Positions 46,929 through 57,169 of a DNA stretch of 64,000 nucleotides are shown here, piece after piece. The stretch's first letter is position 1; every line of letters begins with the position of its first letter. The stretch comes from Acidimicrobiales bacterium (GTDB lineage Bacteria > Actinomycetota > Acidimicrobiia > Acidimicrobiales > DATDAH01). A model generated the notes under the pieces. The model was not told the DNA's origin, searched no databases, and was given only the letters and a program-made list of their open reading frames with translations. Position numbers and translations under genes: made by a program. The stretch spans positions 7,990 to 71,989 of the forward strand of contig JAYRVH010000046.1 in assembly GCA_041918615.1 (NCBI GenBank), read 5' to 3'.

Positions 46929-49219
46929 CACGCCATGCTTACTGCATCGACGGGCTCCGCGTCGGGCTCGTGCTGCACCGAGCGCACAGGGTCGGGAAGG
47001 TCGTCGGTGGCGAGCACCAGGTACACCAGCGACGCGTTCAGCACGCCGAGCATCACCCCGGGGATGGCGATTCCCGAGTCGTTCAGGGCGAACCCCAACA
47101 CGGCCACCACGGTGAAGCCGTAGAGGCTGGCGCGCTCCTGGGGGATGAGCTCCTGGATCCGGTGGAGCCGCCCCGGAGCCTTCCAGATCAGATAGAGGAT
47201 GAAGGCGAACACGACGGGCACCATCAGGATCCATTCCGAGCTCGTGAGCACCGAGACGTTCGCGCTCAGCTTGCGCAGCACCACCGTGGCGAAGGCGCCG
47301 AAGCCCTCGTTGCCGATGCGCTCGAACAGCCGACCCAGGTGGGTCCGGCTCTCCTCGGGCCGGGCCAGGTCGACGAAGCCGAGAGCGACCATCGTGAGGG
47401 TCCCGCCGATGACCCAGAGCACCACGGAGCGGAAGCGGATGCGCCAGCCGAGAAGGGCCATCGCCGTGATCCCGGCCCCGGGGACGAACGACAGCACGCC
47501 GCCCACGTCCGAGCCCCACCAGGGCGATCCGTCGATCACCACGGCCACGGCCAGGACGCCCACACCGGCCCATGCGCCCCGACGTCCGCCGATCCGCCAG
47601 GCCAACAGGCCGGCCAGGATCAGGCTTGCTGCGGCGAGCTGGGCGAACGCCAGGTTGCCGAGTCCGGCGAACCGGCCGGCGATCGTGGGGGTGTACCCGA
47701 ACGTCGTGTTGAGCTGGAGTGGCGCCCCCAGGACGATGTCGACGGCGAGGATCCCCACCACCAGCCCGAGCACGCCGATCAACGGGTCCACCACGCTGCC
47801 CAGACGGCGGAGTTGACTGCACCCCACACCCAGCGCGGCCGCCACCGAGACCAGGAACAGCCAGTACGGGGTCGTCCCGAGTCGATGGAACGCGAACAGC
47901 CCTGCGAGGAAGCTGGCCGGCAGGAAGGCGAGCACACTCAACGCGGCGATCTCGACCAGGCGCTGGAGGCGGGGACGCTGCCGTCGGAACGCCACGACCG
48001 CGAGGACCCATAAGGCGAGCTGGGAAAGGACGAAGAAAGTCGAGACGGCCGCCACCAGGCGGTCGCGGAACAACGCGCCGTCGTTCGATTCAATGAGGAA
48101 GGCCCGACGGTCGGCCGCCGAACCACCGCGCGCGACGCGCTCGAACGGCCGCCCCTCCATGCTGTCCGGGCGCGGGATGTCGAGGAGGTCGAGAACGGTG
48201 GGGGCGACATCGGCAAGGGTGACGAAGCCGACGCGGCGGGTGACGGCCGACCGCAGGAGCCCGGGCTCGACGTCCGGAGCGCGCAGGCCGGCGATGGTCA
48301 GGTGCGTGCCCGTGGATGCGTGGAAGGGGCCGACCACCAACACGGCGTCCCGTGCCGGGTCCACCCGCTCGAGGAGTGCTCCCACCATCTCGTCGGTGCT
48401 GCGCAGCGCGTCGGCTCGCAACCGCGCACGCTGTGCCGTGGTGACTCGCCCGTGGTAGGCGTCCGCACGCACGAGGTCGGACGCCTCCACCAGGACGACG
48501 GCGCCGTCCCGCCAGGCCTGGTCGAAGGTGGACTGGACCATCTGTGGGTCGAGGCGCCGGCCGAATGGCGCATCCGGGTCGGGCATCAGCAGGTTGGCGC
48601 CCACCGATCCAGCGGGGACGACGCCCCGCGAGTCCATCACGCCCCCGGCGACGGCACGACCGAACTCGACGTCGAGCTCCTGTTCTGACCCGTCGGCGTT
48701 GCCGATGACCGCACGCGACGCCCCCGCGGCTTCCAGTGCGTCGCCAAGAGCGCCGACCTCGGCGTCGTAGGGCAGCTTCTCGTTCTCGGCGACGATCTGG
48801 GGCAGGCCGAGATTGACCACGCCCTCGGTGACGGTCTCGCCCGTCCGGCGACCGAAGACCTCCTCGACCGGGTAGCCCGAGAAGGATTCGCCCACGTCGA
48901 AGGCGAGGCCGTCTGCGCCTCGGGCGCCCCGGGCCCGGGTACCCGCGCCGAGGGTGGTGTAGCCGTCGCCGGGGTTGGTGCGACGTACCACGCTCCGCGT
49001 GGAGAGGTCGGCGACGGCCGACTCGTCGAGGAGCGCGTTCAGGTGAGGAAGGCGGACGGCGTCCACCTCCTCCCAGGACAGCGTGGGGACCGAGATGACG
49101 AGCACCCGGTCAACCGGGTCCGACGAAGTCGCCGCATCGGCGGGGCCCACCGCCCCGGCCACGCCACACACGACCAGCCCAGCGACGACCACCGTCGCCT
49201 TGAGGGCCCTTCTGTGCAT
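46928..49219 (-). CDS. Large envelope protein: N-terminal alkaline-phosphatase-superfamily-like ectodomain fused to a polytopic domain of about 10 TM spans
   Basis: Start MHRRALKATVVVAGLVVCGVAG at 49219. VLVISVPTLSWEE and LADVAPTVLDLLDIPRPDSMEGRPF resemble AP/sulfatase-fold motifs. The C-terminal 350 aa are hydrophobic. Confidence 0.7.
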   Translation of the reverse strand: MHRRALKATVVVAGLVVCGVAGAVGPADAATSSDPVDRVLVISVPTLSWEEVDAVRLPHLNALLDESAVADLSTRSVVRRTNPGDGYTTLGAGTRARGARGADGLAFDVGESFSGYPVEEVFGRRTGETVTEGVVNLGLPQIVAENEKLPYDAEVGALGDALEAAGASRAVIGNADGSEQELDVEFGRAVAGGVMDSRGVVPAGSVGANLLMPDPDAPFGRRLDPQMVQSTFDQAWRDGAVVLVEASDLVRADAYHGRVTTAQRARLRADALRSTDEMVGALLERVDPARDAVLVVGPFHASTGTHLTIAGLRAPDVEPGLLRSAVTRRVGFVTLADVAPTVLDLLDIPRPDSMEGRPFERVARGGSAADRRAFLIESNDGALFRDRLVAAVSTFFVLSQLALWVLAVVAFRRQRPRLQRLVEIAALSVLAFLPASFLAGLFAFHRLGTTPYWLFLVSVAAALGVGCSQLRRLGSVVDPLIGVLGLVVGILAVDIVLGAPLQLNTTFGYTPTIAGRFAGLGNLAFAQLAAASLILAGLLAWRIGGRRGAWAGVGVLAVAVVIDGSPWWGSDVGGVLSFVPGAGITAMALLGWRIRFRSVVLWVIGGTLTMVALGFVDLARPEESRTHLGRLFERIGNEGFGAFATVVLRKLSANVSVLTSSEWILMVPVVFAFILYLIWKAPGRLHRIQELIPQERASLYGFTVVAVLGFALNDSGIAIPGVMLGVLNASLVYLVLATDDLPDPVRSVQHEPDAEPVDAVSMA

Positions 49220-50781
49220 CAGGCGGCTCCCGTGTGGACGATGAGGCGTTCGGGAGCGAGGCGCAGAACCCGCACGGCGGCCCACCACAATGCCAGACCC
49301 AGGCCGCCCACGACCGTCAGCGCGACCAGGTCGGCGATCCGACCCGATGGCTCCACTGCCCGGAACACCGCCCAGGCTGCGCCGGCCAGCACCGCCGAGA
49401 CCGCCAGGGCGAGCGGGAAGGACCGGGGGAAGAGCGGCTCGCACACGCGTCGCCGCAGGCCGACGCCGAGGGCGAGGGCGCCCAGTAGGAAGGCGACCGT
49501 GTGACCGATCCCCAACAGGTAGATGGTCGCGGTCCCCTCGCTGAGCGCGGAGGCGACGACCATGAAGGCCACGCCCACGATGGCGGTGGCCGACGCCACG
49601 ACCGCCGGGGTCCGGCTGTCCCCGAGGGCGTAGTAGGCCCCCGCCAGGAGGCGGAAGGCGCCGTAGGCGAAGAGACCGAGGGCCAACGAGGCCGTTGCCG
49701 CGGCCATGAGGTCGATCCCGCTGGAGGTGTTCGCCTCGCCGAAGGCGAGGACGCTCATGAGCGGCACCGCCAGGGCGTACAGCGCCGCCGACACCGGGAG
49801 CACGGTGACCGAGAGCGCGTCGAGCCCCCAGCGCACGGCGTTCGCGTAGGCCGGGAGATCACCGTTGGCCACGTCGGTGGCCAACTCGGGCGTGACCGTG
49901 GTGTGGATCGGCTGGGCCAGGACCCCATAGGGAGCGAGGAAGACGTAGAACGCGACGCGGTAAGCGACCACGCCGCCTTCGACCGCGCCGCCCAGGATGA
50001 CAGCCGCGCCGAGCAGGAGGGCGGCGCCCGTGTGTTGGAGCACCGCCCAACCGGACAGCCGCAACAGGTGCCGGACCGCCGGGTCACGCGGTGCGAACCG
50101 CGGCCGGAGGTGGAACCCGCGACGCCGCAGGTCGACCAGTGGGATCGCCACGAAGGCGGCGACGCCGAGCGTGCCGCCGAGGCCCAGCACGAGCTTCCCC
50201 GCCAGGGTGAGCTCGAGTCCGGGATCGGGGCCCGCCACGACCGCGAACAGCGCCATCGATGCCACGATGACGATGGTGTTGCCGATCGGCGCCGCGGCAG
50301 GAAGGGCGTACACCCGCTTGGCGTTGAGCAGGGCGATCGACAGGAACCCGTAGGTGTAGAGCACCAGCTGGGGCATGAAGAACCGGAGCAGGAAGGTGGC
50401 GAGCTCACGCTGCTGTGCGGCGACCGCCGGATCGGTGACGGCGCTGGTGAGCAACCGGGCGAGGAGGGGGGCCAACAGCACGCCGAGCACGGTGAGGGGA
50501 CCGAGCACCAGCAGGAACAGGCCGAGCAGCCCCCCGGCCTGACGCTCGGCGGCCTCCTGCTCGCCCCGGTCGAACAGCTCGACGAAGCTGGGCACCAGCA
50601 CCGCCGAGAGCGCGCCGGCGGCAAGGAGCTCGAACACCACCGTCGGAAGCGTGTTGGAGGCCTCGAAGGTGTTGCCGAGGAAGCTCGTGCCGAGCACGGC
50701 CGCAACCACGATGACCCGGGCCCCGCCCAGCGCCCGGGACACGGCCGCCGCTACGCCCATCCCGGCTGCGGCGCGGCCCAC
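49219..50781 (-). CDS. murJ: MurJ/MviN-family (MOP) lipid II flippase
   Basis: 14 TM spans. AAAVSRALGGARVIVVAAVLG, ASNTLPTVVFELLAAGALSAVLVP. GTG start. Confidence 0.88.
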   Translation of the reverse strand: MGRAAAGMGVAAAVSRALGGARVIVVAAVLGTSFLGNTFEASNTLPTVVFELLAAGALSAVLVPSFVELFDRGEQEAAERQAGGLLGLFLLVLGPLTVLGVLLAPLLARLLTSAVTDPAVAAQQRELATFLLRFFMPQLVLYTYGFLSIALLNAKRVYALPAAAPIGNTIVIVASMALFAVVAGPDPGLELTLAGKLVLGLGGTLGVAAFVAIPLVDLRRRGFHLRPRFAPRDPAVRHLLRLSGWAVLQHTGAALLLGAAVILGGAVEGGVVAYRVAFYVFLAPYGVLAQPIHTTVTPELATDVANGDLPAYANAVRWGLDALSVTVLPVSAALYALAVPLMSVLAFGEANTSSGIDLMAAATASLALGLFAYGAFRLLAGAYYALGDSRTPAVVASATAIVGVAFMVVASALSEGTATIYLLGIGHTVAFLLGALALGVGLRRRVCEPLFPRSFPLALAVSAVLAGAAWAVFRAVEPSGRIADLVALTVVGGLGLALWWAAVRVLRLAPERLIVHTGAA

Positions 50782-50849
50782 CGAACGCTGCGAGGCAGGG
50801 GCGAGTGGCGGCTCCGAGAGCGCCGATCCGTCGGCTGCGCTGAACTCGG

Positions 50850-51782
50850 TCAGGACGGCTCAGGCCATTCCGGCAACAGGCTCTGGGCCCCGGGACCGGT
50901 TCCGTAGTGCCCGTAGACCCCACGGCCGGCATCGGACTCGGCGAGCACCGCCGCCAGCTGGCCTGCCCGAGCCTCGAGGTTGTCCACCGTCGACAGCGCC
51001 GCTGCCCGGGTGACGTCATCGCGGACGATCGCGGCGACGGTGCCCCGATCGGCGCCGCCGTCGAGCTCCTGGTAGTCCTCGGCGAGCACACCGGGCTGCC
51101 CACGGTCGACCAGCACGTCGACCATCGCCGCGAGCCGCTCCGTCGACCGGAGGTCGGAGTCGGGCCCGGAGACCAACAGGACCTGGAACTGCTCGTCGGC
51201 CAGGTCGCTCAGCTGATCCGCGCCCTCTCCCACGGCCTGGAAGTCGACGAAGCCGGCATCGATCAGGGCGGCCGTGGCACCGTCGGCCGGGGCACCGGCC
51301 GCGAGGTCCTGCAGCACCCGGCGCCACGCCTTCCGCTGCATGGTGGTGGCGTCGGCGACCTCCACTCCCAGCGCCTCGGCGAGCGCGGCACGGTCGGCGT
51401 CGCCCTCGAGGGCGAAGGACGGCTCGAGCCAGATGGTGCCGGGAGCGGTGGCGCCGGCCTGTTGGAGGAGGGTGTCGGTGTCGCCGAGCACGTCCTCGCT
51501 GACGCCCCGGTCGGCGACGACCACCACCGAGCGTCCCTCGAGACGGCCGTCGACCGCATAGGGCGATGCTTCGGTGAGCGCCTCGTTCAGCTCGGCGTTC
51601 TGTTGGGTCAAACGGTCATTGGCCGCCTTGCGTTGGTCGAGCGTCCTCGAGACATCCTCGACCTGGTTCTGAAGGCTCTCGACGACGGCGGGGCCGACGA
51701 AGGTCGACCCGACGACCACGCCGATGGCGAGCGCGAGGAAGACGGCGACGAGCGTGACGAGGTGATATCTGAAGGTGAGCAC
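50850..51782 (-). CDS. SteB / MctB (Rv1698-like, 'copper transporter' family) membrane-anchored protein
   Basis: MLTFRYHLVTLVAVFLALAIGVVVGS...coiled coil...GHYGTGPGAQS. Confidence 0.8.
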   Translation of the reverse strand: MLTFRYHLVTLVAVFLALAIGVVVGSTFVGPAVVESLQNQVEDVSRTLDQRKAANDRLTQQNAELNEALTEASPYAVDGRLEGRSVVVVADRGVSEDVLGDTDTLLQQAGATAPGTIWLEPSFALEGDADRAALAEALGVEVADATTMQRKAWRRVLQDLAAGAPADGATAALIDAGFVDFQAVGEGADQLSDLADEQFQVLLVSGPDSDLRSTERLAAMVDVLVDRGQPGVLAEDYQELDGGADRGTVAAIVRDDVTRAAALSTVDNLEARAGQLAAVLAESDAGRGVYGHYGTGPGAQSLLPEWPEPS

Positions 51783-51784
51783 GG

Positions 51785-52960
51785 TCAGAAGTTCCCGGTG
51801 AGGGTCACCCAGGTGTTTCGCAGCATCAGCCAGACGGCGTCCAGGATCGTCTGCAGCGAATCGGACATGGACAGCAGCACGAGGATCAGGACGAGGACCG
51901 CAAGGGTGAGCAGGCCCAGGTCGCGCCGCCGCAGCCGACCTTCGTACAGCTGGCTGATTCCCTTGGCGTCGACCAGGATCGGCCCGAGCCTCAGCCTCGT
52001 GAGGAAGGTGGACGACATCCCGGCCCGCCCCTTGTCCAGGAACTCGACCATGGTGGCGTGGGTGCCGACCGCGACGATGAGCCGGGCGCCCGCTTCGTAT
52101 GCCAGGAGCATCGCGGCGTCCTCGCTCGTGCCCTCGACCCAGAACTCGTGGTAGTCCACACCGGCCTCGGCCAGCTCCTCCCGGCCGGGGCCACGCCCGT
52201 CAGGGTGCACGTGGTGGACGAGGTCGGCACCACAGCGCAGGGCCTTGTCGGACACCGAGTCGTAGTCGCCGATGATCACATCGGGCTTGAGCCGGTTCGC
52301 CAACAGCGCGTCTGCACCACCGTCGACCCCGATGAGCACCGGCCGGTACTCGGCGATGTAGGGGCGGAGCGCCCGCAGATCCTCCCGGTAGTCGATGCCC
52401 CGCACGACGATGAGGGCGTGGCGACCCTGGAAGTTGGCCTTGAGGGTGGGTATCTCGAGCGGCGCAAACGTGAGCTCGGCCTCGTTGCGGATGTACTCGA
52501 GGGTGTTGACCGCGAACTGCTCGAGCTCTTCGCCGATCGATCCGCGGGCGTGCTCCATGCGGTCCACGATGTCGTCGTGGCCGAGCAGCTTCCCGGTGGC
52601 CACGACCTCGTCACCGATGAGCACCTCACCACCTCGAATGGTGACGACGTCGCCGTCACTGAGTCGGTCGAGGAGGGACCGATCGACCTCGTCGAGCAGC
52701 GGTATGCCCGCGGCCGCCACGCGGATGGGGCCGCCGTTGGGGTAGCGCCCCGAGATCGACGGCGAGGCGTTCAGCACCGCACCGGCCCGCTTCTCCACCA
52801 GGCCGTCGCCCGCGACCCGATCGAGGTCGGCGTGGTCGATGACCGCGAACTCGCCCGGCTCGAGCCGCTTGATCAGGTCTTTCGTGCGTCGGTCGACCCG
52901 CACACGGGCGGTGACGGGCGCGCCGACACCGGGCTCCGGCGACTTCAGGCGGCGCGCCAT
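51785..52960 (-). CDS. steA: SteA (putative cytokinetic ring protein, thiamine-pyrophosphokinase-like fold, C-terminal TM)
   Basis: ARVRVDRRTKDLIKRLEPGEFAVIDH...LIGVDGGADAL...IIGDYDSV. Confidence 0.85.
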   Translation of the reverse strand: MARRLKSPEPGVGAPVTARVRVDRRTKDLIKRLEPGEFAVIDHADLDRVAGDGLVEKRAGAVLNASPSISGRYPNGGPIRVAAAGIPLLDEVDRSLLDRLSDGDVVTIRGGEVLIGDEVVATGKLLGHDDIVDRMEHARGSIGEELEQFAVNTLEYIRNEAELTFAPLEIPTLKANFQGRHALIVVRGIDYREDLRALRPYIAEYRPVLIGVDGGADALLANRLKPDVIIGDYDSVSDKALRCGADLVHHVHPDGRGPGREELAEAGVDYHEFWVEGTSEDAAMLLAYEAGARLIVAVGTHATMVEFLDKGRAGMSSTFLTRLRLGPILVDAKGISQLYEGRLRRRDLGLLTLAVLVLILVLLSMSDSLQTILDAVWLMLRNTWVTLTGNF

Positions 52961-53030
52961 CTCAGGTCTCCAACGTCGGGAAGGACACCCGCGGCCAGCC
53001 CGAGGCTCGGCCGCTGCCGGTGCAGAACGC

Positions 53031-53882
53031 TCACATTCTACCGCCGGGACGACGACCCAGACGGTCGACCGTTCGCAGCGGCGGCGTCCTGTCGATCACC
53101 GACGTGAACGACACGGCCTCACTGGCCAGGTTCAGGCCGGCAACGGCGATGAGAGCGACGGTCCGCACCTCCGGAGCGGCGGCGAGCACCAGACCCAGCC
53201 CCAGCACCCCGCCCACGACGTTGGCGCCCACGTCACCGAGCATCAGGTCTTCTCGCAGGTCGGGCACGAGCAGGGCCGATGCCGCACCGATGACCAGCGC
53301 CACTCCCCCGAGCCCTGGCGGCGCCCCCGTGGCGACGGCGAGGACCAGGAAGCCCACCACGCCGACCTTGAGGGTCCGCCCGGGCGCCCGGTCGAGGAGG
53401 TTGCCCAGGTTGGCCGCCATGGCGACGAGCGCGGCGTCGAGCAGGATCCTCCCGATCGACCCGCTCCGCGGCCCCGCCACCGCCAGCACCCCGACGGCTC
53501 CACCACCGAAGAGCTTCAGTGAGCCCGTCGTGAGCCGGCCGTGGACGAGGGCGGTGAGGTGGCCACGGAACCCACCCGACTCGCCCTCGCCGGCGAGGTC
53601 GTCGAGCAGCCCGAGAAAGCCCAGTCCCAGCACCGCCACCAGCACCATCTGCCTCGTGGCGGCCGTCCTCGGCTCGAACGACCAACCGCCGGCATCGGCC
53701 AGGATCACCACCCCCTGGGCGGCGACGGCCGCCAGAACGATCACGAGCCCACCGGCGGTGGGCAGGGTCGCCCCGCGGTAGTTGGTCCGCTGCAGCGAGG
53801 GCGCGGCCAGGATCGGACGCGCCGCCCACCAGCCCGCCGACCCGAGTGCGAGGCCGACGACGAATGCGCCCAGATCGATCAT
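53031..53882 (-). CDS. Glycosyltransferase family 4 (MraY/WecA-like polyprenyl-phosphate phosphosugar transferase), short form
   Basis: Polytopic. GLLDDL and NLGNLLD motifs. ATGA overlap with the recN stop. Confidence 0.7.
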   Translation of the reverse strand: MIDLGAFVVGLALGSAGWWAARPILAAPSLQRTNYRGATLPTAGGLVIVLAAVAAQGVVILADAGGWSFEPRTAATRQMVLVAVLGLGFLGLLDDLAGEGESGGFRGHLTALVHGRLTTGSLKLFGGGAVGVLAVAGPRSGSIGRILLDAALVAMAANLGNLLDRAPGRTLKVGVVGFLVLAVATGAPPGLGGVALVIGAASALLVPDLREDLMLGDVGANVVGGVLGLGLVLAAAPEVRTVALIAVAGLNLASEAVSFTSVIDRTPPLRTVDRLGRRPGGRM

Positions 53883-55468
53883 CGACCGCGCTGCTCCGCG
53901 GCGCTGGCGAGCAACTCGGCTGCATGCTCCCGGGCCGCGTCACTGTCGGGCGACCCCGACAGCATCCGCGAAAGCTCGACGACCCGGGCGGTGTCGTCGA
54001 GCCGCTCGATCCGGGTGGTCGTCACCGACCCGTCATCGGCCTTCGTGACCGCGACTTGGGCGTCGGCGAACGCCGCCACCTGCGGCAGGTGGGTCACCAC
54101 GAGCACCTGGTGATCGGTGCCGAGCTCGGACAGTGCCCGGCCCACCGCCAGCGCGGCCGAGCCGCCGATGCCGGCGTCGACCTCGTCGAACACGAGCACC
54201 GGCGGACCTGCGGTGAGCACCAGCCGAAGCGCCAACATCGTGCGGGCCAGCTCTCCGCCCGACGCGACCCGGTTCAGCGGCAGCATCGGTGAGCCCGGGT
54301 TGGCGGCCAGGTTGAACGCCACCTCGTCGCCGGGATCCTCTGGCGACACCGAGACGGCGAGCGTGGCCTTCGGCATCGCCAACGCGGCGAGATGGGCCTG
54401 GGTGGCTGCGGCCAGCCCCGGGGCCGCCGAGCGCCGCGCTCGACCCACCACGGCCGCCGCGGTCTCCCGGGCGGCCCGAGCCTCGGCGCGGTCTCGGTCG
54501 AGCGCGACGGCTCGTTCCTCGTAGGCCTCGAGGTCGGCGAGGCGCTCGGCGACCTCGTCGCCGTAGGCGATCACCTCGTCGAGCGATTCGCCGTACTTGC
54601 GGGTGAGCTCGTGGAGCAGCCGACGCCGGGCGCGCACGGCGTCGAGCCGTTCGGGATCGTCGGTGATGGCCTCGCCCACCGAGCGGGCCTCGGCCACCAC
54701 ATCGGCGAGGTCGGCGGCAATGGCGCGAAGGCGCTGCTCCACCGCGGCGAAGGGTGCCCGCCCGGCCACCGCTCCCAGCGCACGGGCCAGGTCGTCCTGA
54801 CCACCTCCGTCGGCGGTGAGCGCCTCGACCACTCGGGCGGCCGCCTCCTGGTGGGCGAGGGCGTCGGCCAGCCGGTCCTCCTCGCCCTCGAGCTCGGTGT
54901 CCTCGTCCGGGCCGGTGAGCCCGGCGGCGGCGAGCTCGGCGACCTGGTACCGCAGGAGATCGATCTCACGGGCCCGAGCGCGCTCGTCGCCACCGAGTGC
55001 CGCCAACGAGCGCTCGATGGCGGACTCTCGTTCCTGGGCCGCAGAAAGGGTGCGCAGGTCTACGGCGCCGAAGCGATCGAGGGCCCGTCGCTGCACCGCG
55101 GGGGACAGGAGCGACTGGTGGGAGTGCTGACCGTGCAGGTCGACGAGACCGGCGCCCACCTCGGCGAGGGCCCCCACCGTCGCGAGCCGCCCGTCCACGT
55201 AGGCCCTGCTGCGACCGTCGCGTGGGACCACGCGGGTGAGCACCACCTCGTCACCGTCGTGGACGAACCGACCCTCCACGCGCGCCTCATCGGCCCCTGG
55301 CCGCACGAGCGCCGGATCGGCCCGCCCGCCCACGAGGAGCTCGATCGCACCCACGATCAGCGTCTTGCCCGCGCCCGTCTCTCCCGTGACCGCGGTCATG
55401 CCGGGCGAGAGGACGAGGGACAGCGCCTCGATGACCCCCAGGTTCGAGACCGCCAGTTCGGTCAACAC
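53879..55468 (-). CDS. recN: DNA repair protein RecN
   Basis: V/MLTELAVSNLGVIEAL...VTGETGAGKT. C-terminal VFDEVDAGIGG. GTG start at 55468. Confidence 0.93.
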   Translation of the reverse strand: MLTELAVSNLGVIEALSLVLSPGMTAVTGETGAGKTLIVGAIELLVGGRADPALVRPGADEARVEGRFVHDGDEVVLTRVVPRDGRSRAYVDGRLATVGALAEVGAGLVDLHGQHSHQSLLSPAVQRRALDRFGAVDLRTLSAAQERESAIERSLAALGGDERARAREIDLLRYQVAELAAAGLTGPDEDTELEGEEDRLADALAHQEAAARVVEALTADGGGQDDLARALGAVAGRAPFAAVEQRLRAIAADLADVVAEARSVGEAITDDPERLDAVRARRRLLHELTRKYGESLDEVIAYGDEVAERLADLEAYEERAVALDRDRAEARAARETAAAVVGRARRSAAPGLAAATQAHLAALAMPKATLAVSVSPEDPGDEVAFNLAANPGSPMLPLNRVASGGELARTMLALRLVLTAGPPVLVFDEVDAGIGGSAALAVGRALSELGTDHQVLVVTHLPQVAAFADAQVAVTKADDGSVTTTRIERLDDTARVVELSRMLSGSPDSDAAREHAAELLASAAEQRGR

Positions 55469-55478
55469 CGCGGCAGGA

Positions 55479-56339
55479 CTACCTGTCCTCGAGGCCGAAC
55501 TTGGCCTTGAGGATCGCATGGAAGTCCCGCTCGCCGAAGGTGACGAGACGGGCGGTGTGTGGCGACGCCGTGCACACGATGGCGTCGCCCGCGGCCAGCT
55601 CACCGTGGTTCCGGCCGTCGACCGAGAGCGTGGCGGGCCGATGCCCGCGCACGACCAGCCGGATCTCGTCGTCGGGGTTCAGGACCAGCGTCCGGTCGAA
55701 CAGCATGTGAGGCGAGACGGGCGTCAGCTGCAACGAACGGTGGGTCGGAGCGACGATGGGGCCGCGGGCAGAGAAGGCGTAGGCGGTCGAGCCCGTGGGC
55801 GTGGCGACGATGAGCCCGTCGGTGGCGTAGGTGGTGAAGAACCGCCCGTTCACCGACACCGCGAGGCGGACGGTGTGCCCGGACGGGGTCTTCTCGAGCA
55901 CGGCCTCGTTGAGGGCCAGCTGCGCGCCAGGCTGGTGACCGCCCCCCGCGACCTCGACCACGACGGAGAGGAGCATGCGCTCCTCGAGGTCGTGGTCGCC
56001 CGACAGGAACCGCCCGAGCACCAGCTCGATGTCCTCGGGCTCGACCTCGGTGAGGTAGCCGAGCTGACCGATGTGCACGCCGAGGACGGGCACACCCTCC
56101 GGGGACACCAGGTCGACCGTGCGCAGGATGGTGCCGTCGCCACCGAGGCTCACCGCGAGGTCGAGGCCCACGGGGAATCGGTCGTCGCTCACCGAGTAGT
56201 CATCGAGCCCCACGATCGAGGCGTCCGGGCACGGCGAGCGGACCTCGTGGCCGCGCCGGACCAACCATGCGGCCGCGCGGCGAGCCGTGGCGGCAGCCTG
56301 CTCGCGTTCGTGGTGGACCACGAGGCCGACGACCGCCAC
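55479..56339 (-). CDS. nadK: NAD kinase
   Basis: [19 protein letters not shown]. Confidence 0.94.
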   Translation of the reverse strand: MAVVGLVVHHEREQAAATARRAAAWLVRRGHEVRSPCPDASIVGLDDYSVSDDRFPVGLDLAVSLGGDGTILRTVDLVSPEGVPVLGVHIGQLGYLTEVEPEDIELVLGRFLSGDHDLEERMLLSVVVEVAGGGHQPGAQLALNEAVLEKTPSGHTVRLAVSVNGRFFTTYATDGLIVATPTGSTAYAFSARGPIVAPTHRSLQLTPVSPHMLFDRTLVLNPDDEIRLVVRGHRPATLSVDGRNHGELAAGDAIVCTASPHTARLVTFGERDFHAILKAKFGLEDR

Positions 56340-56340
56340 G

Positions 56341-57126
56341 TCAGTTCCCCGATCGCCGTGCCGTGGCCTCGGCGACCACCGCGTCGAGGTCGGCGGTGGC
56401 TCCCCGAACGACAGGCGACCCGGGCGCGAGCGCGTGGATCAGGAACTCGACGTTGCCGTCGGCGCCGGTGAGGGGCGAGACCATGGCCCCCATGATGTCG
56501 GCTTGCCGCTCGACCAGCGCGGCTTTCACCTCTTCGAGGACGCGGCGCCACACCAGGGGATCGACGATGACCCCCCGCCCGCGCGCCGCTTCGACCCGTC
56601 CCGCCTCGAACTGCGGCTTGACGAGCCAGACCAGGTCCGCTCCCGGCCGAGCCAGCCCGATGAGCGCGGGGAGCACCGTGCGGAGCGAGATGAACGACAG
56701 GTCGGCCGTGACGACGTCGACTGCGCCGCCGACACGCTCAGGGGTGAGCGAGCGGACGTTGGTGCGCTCGAGCACCTCGACCCGCCGGTCACGCCGGAGG
56801 CGTGCGTCCAGCTGCCCGTGACCCACGTCGACCGCGATGACCGGCGCGGCCCCGCGCTGGAGCAGGCAGTCGGTGAACCCACCGGTGGAGCTGCCGGCAT
56901 CGAGCGCGCGCCGTCCGGCGACCCCGACCGCGAAGCGGTCGAGGGCGGCATCGAGCTTCTCACCCCCACGACCCACGAAGCGGGGCGGCGGGCCGAGGAC
57001 CTCGACCGGTTCGTTCGCAGCGACGAGGCGCGCCGCCTTGACGGCGGGAGCACCGCCGACGGTCACCCGGCCGGCAGCGATGTGGCCTTGCGCGAGCCGG
57101 CGCGTCGACGCCAGGCCGCGCCGCAC
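56341..57126 (-). CDS. tlyA: TlyA-family 16S/23S rRNA (cytidine-2'-O)-methyltransferase
   Basis: S4-like [25 protein letters not shown] motif [12 protein letters not shown]. The true start may lie upstream (see findings). Confidence 0.88.
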   Translation of the reverse strand: MRRGLASTRRLAQGHIAAGRVTVGGAPAVKAARLVAANEPVEVLGPPPRFVGRGGEKLDAALDRFAVGVAGRRALDAGSSTGGFTDCLLQRGAAPVIAVDVGHGQLDARLRRDRRVEVLERTNVRSLTPERVGGAVDVVTADLSFISLRTVLPALIGLARPGADLVWLVKPQFEAGRVEAARGRGVIVDPLVWRRVLEEVKAALVERQADIMGAMVSPLTGADGNVEFLIHALAPGSPVVRGATADLDAVVAEATARRSGN

Positions 57127-57169
57127 CAGCTCGGCATCGAGGCGGCGGCGGGGAGGAGCCGTGGGACCC

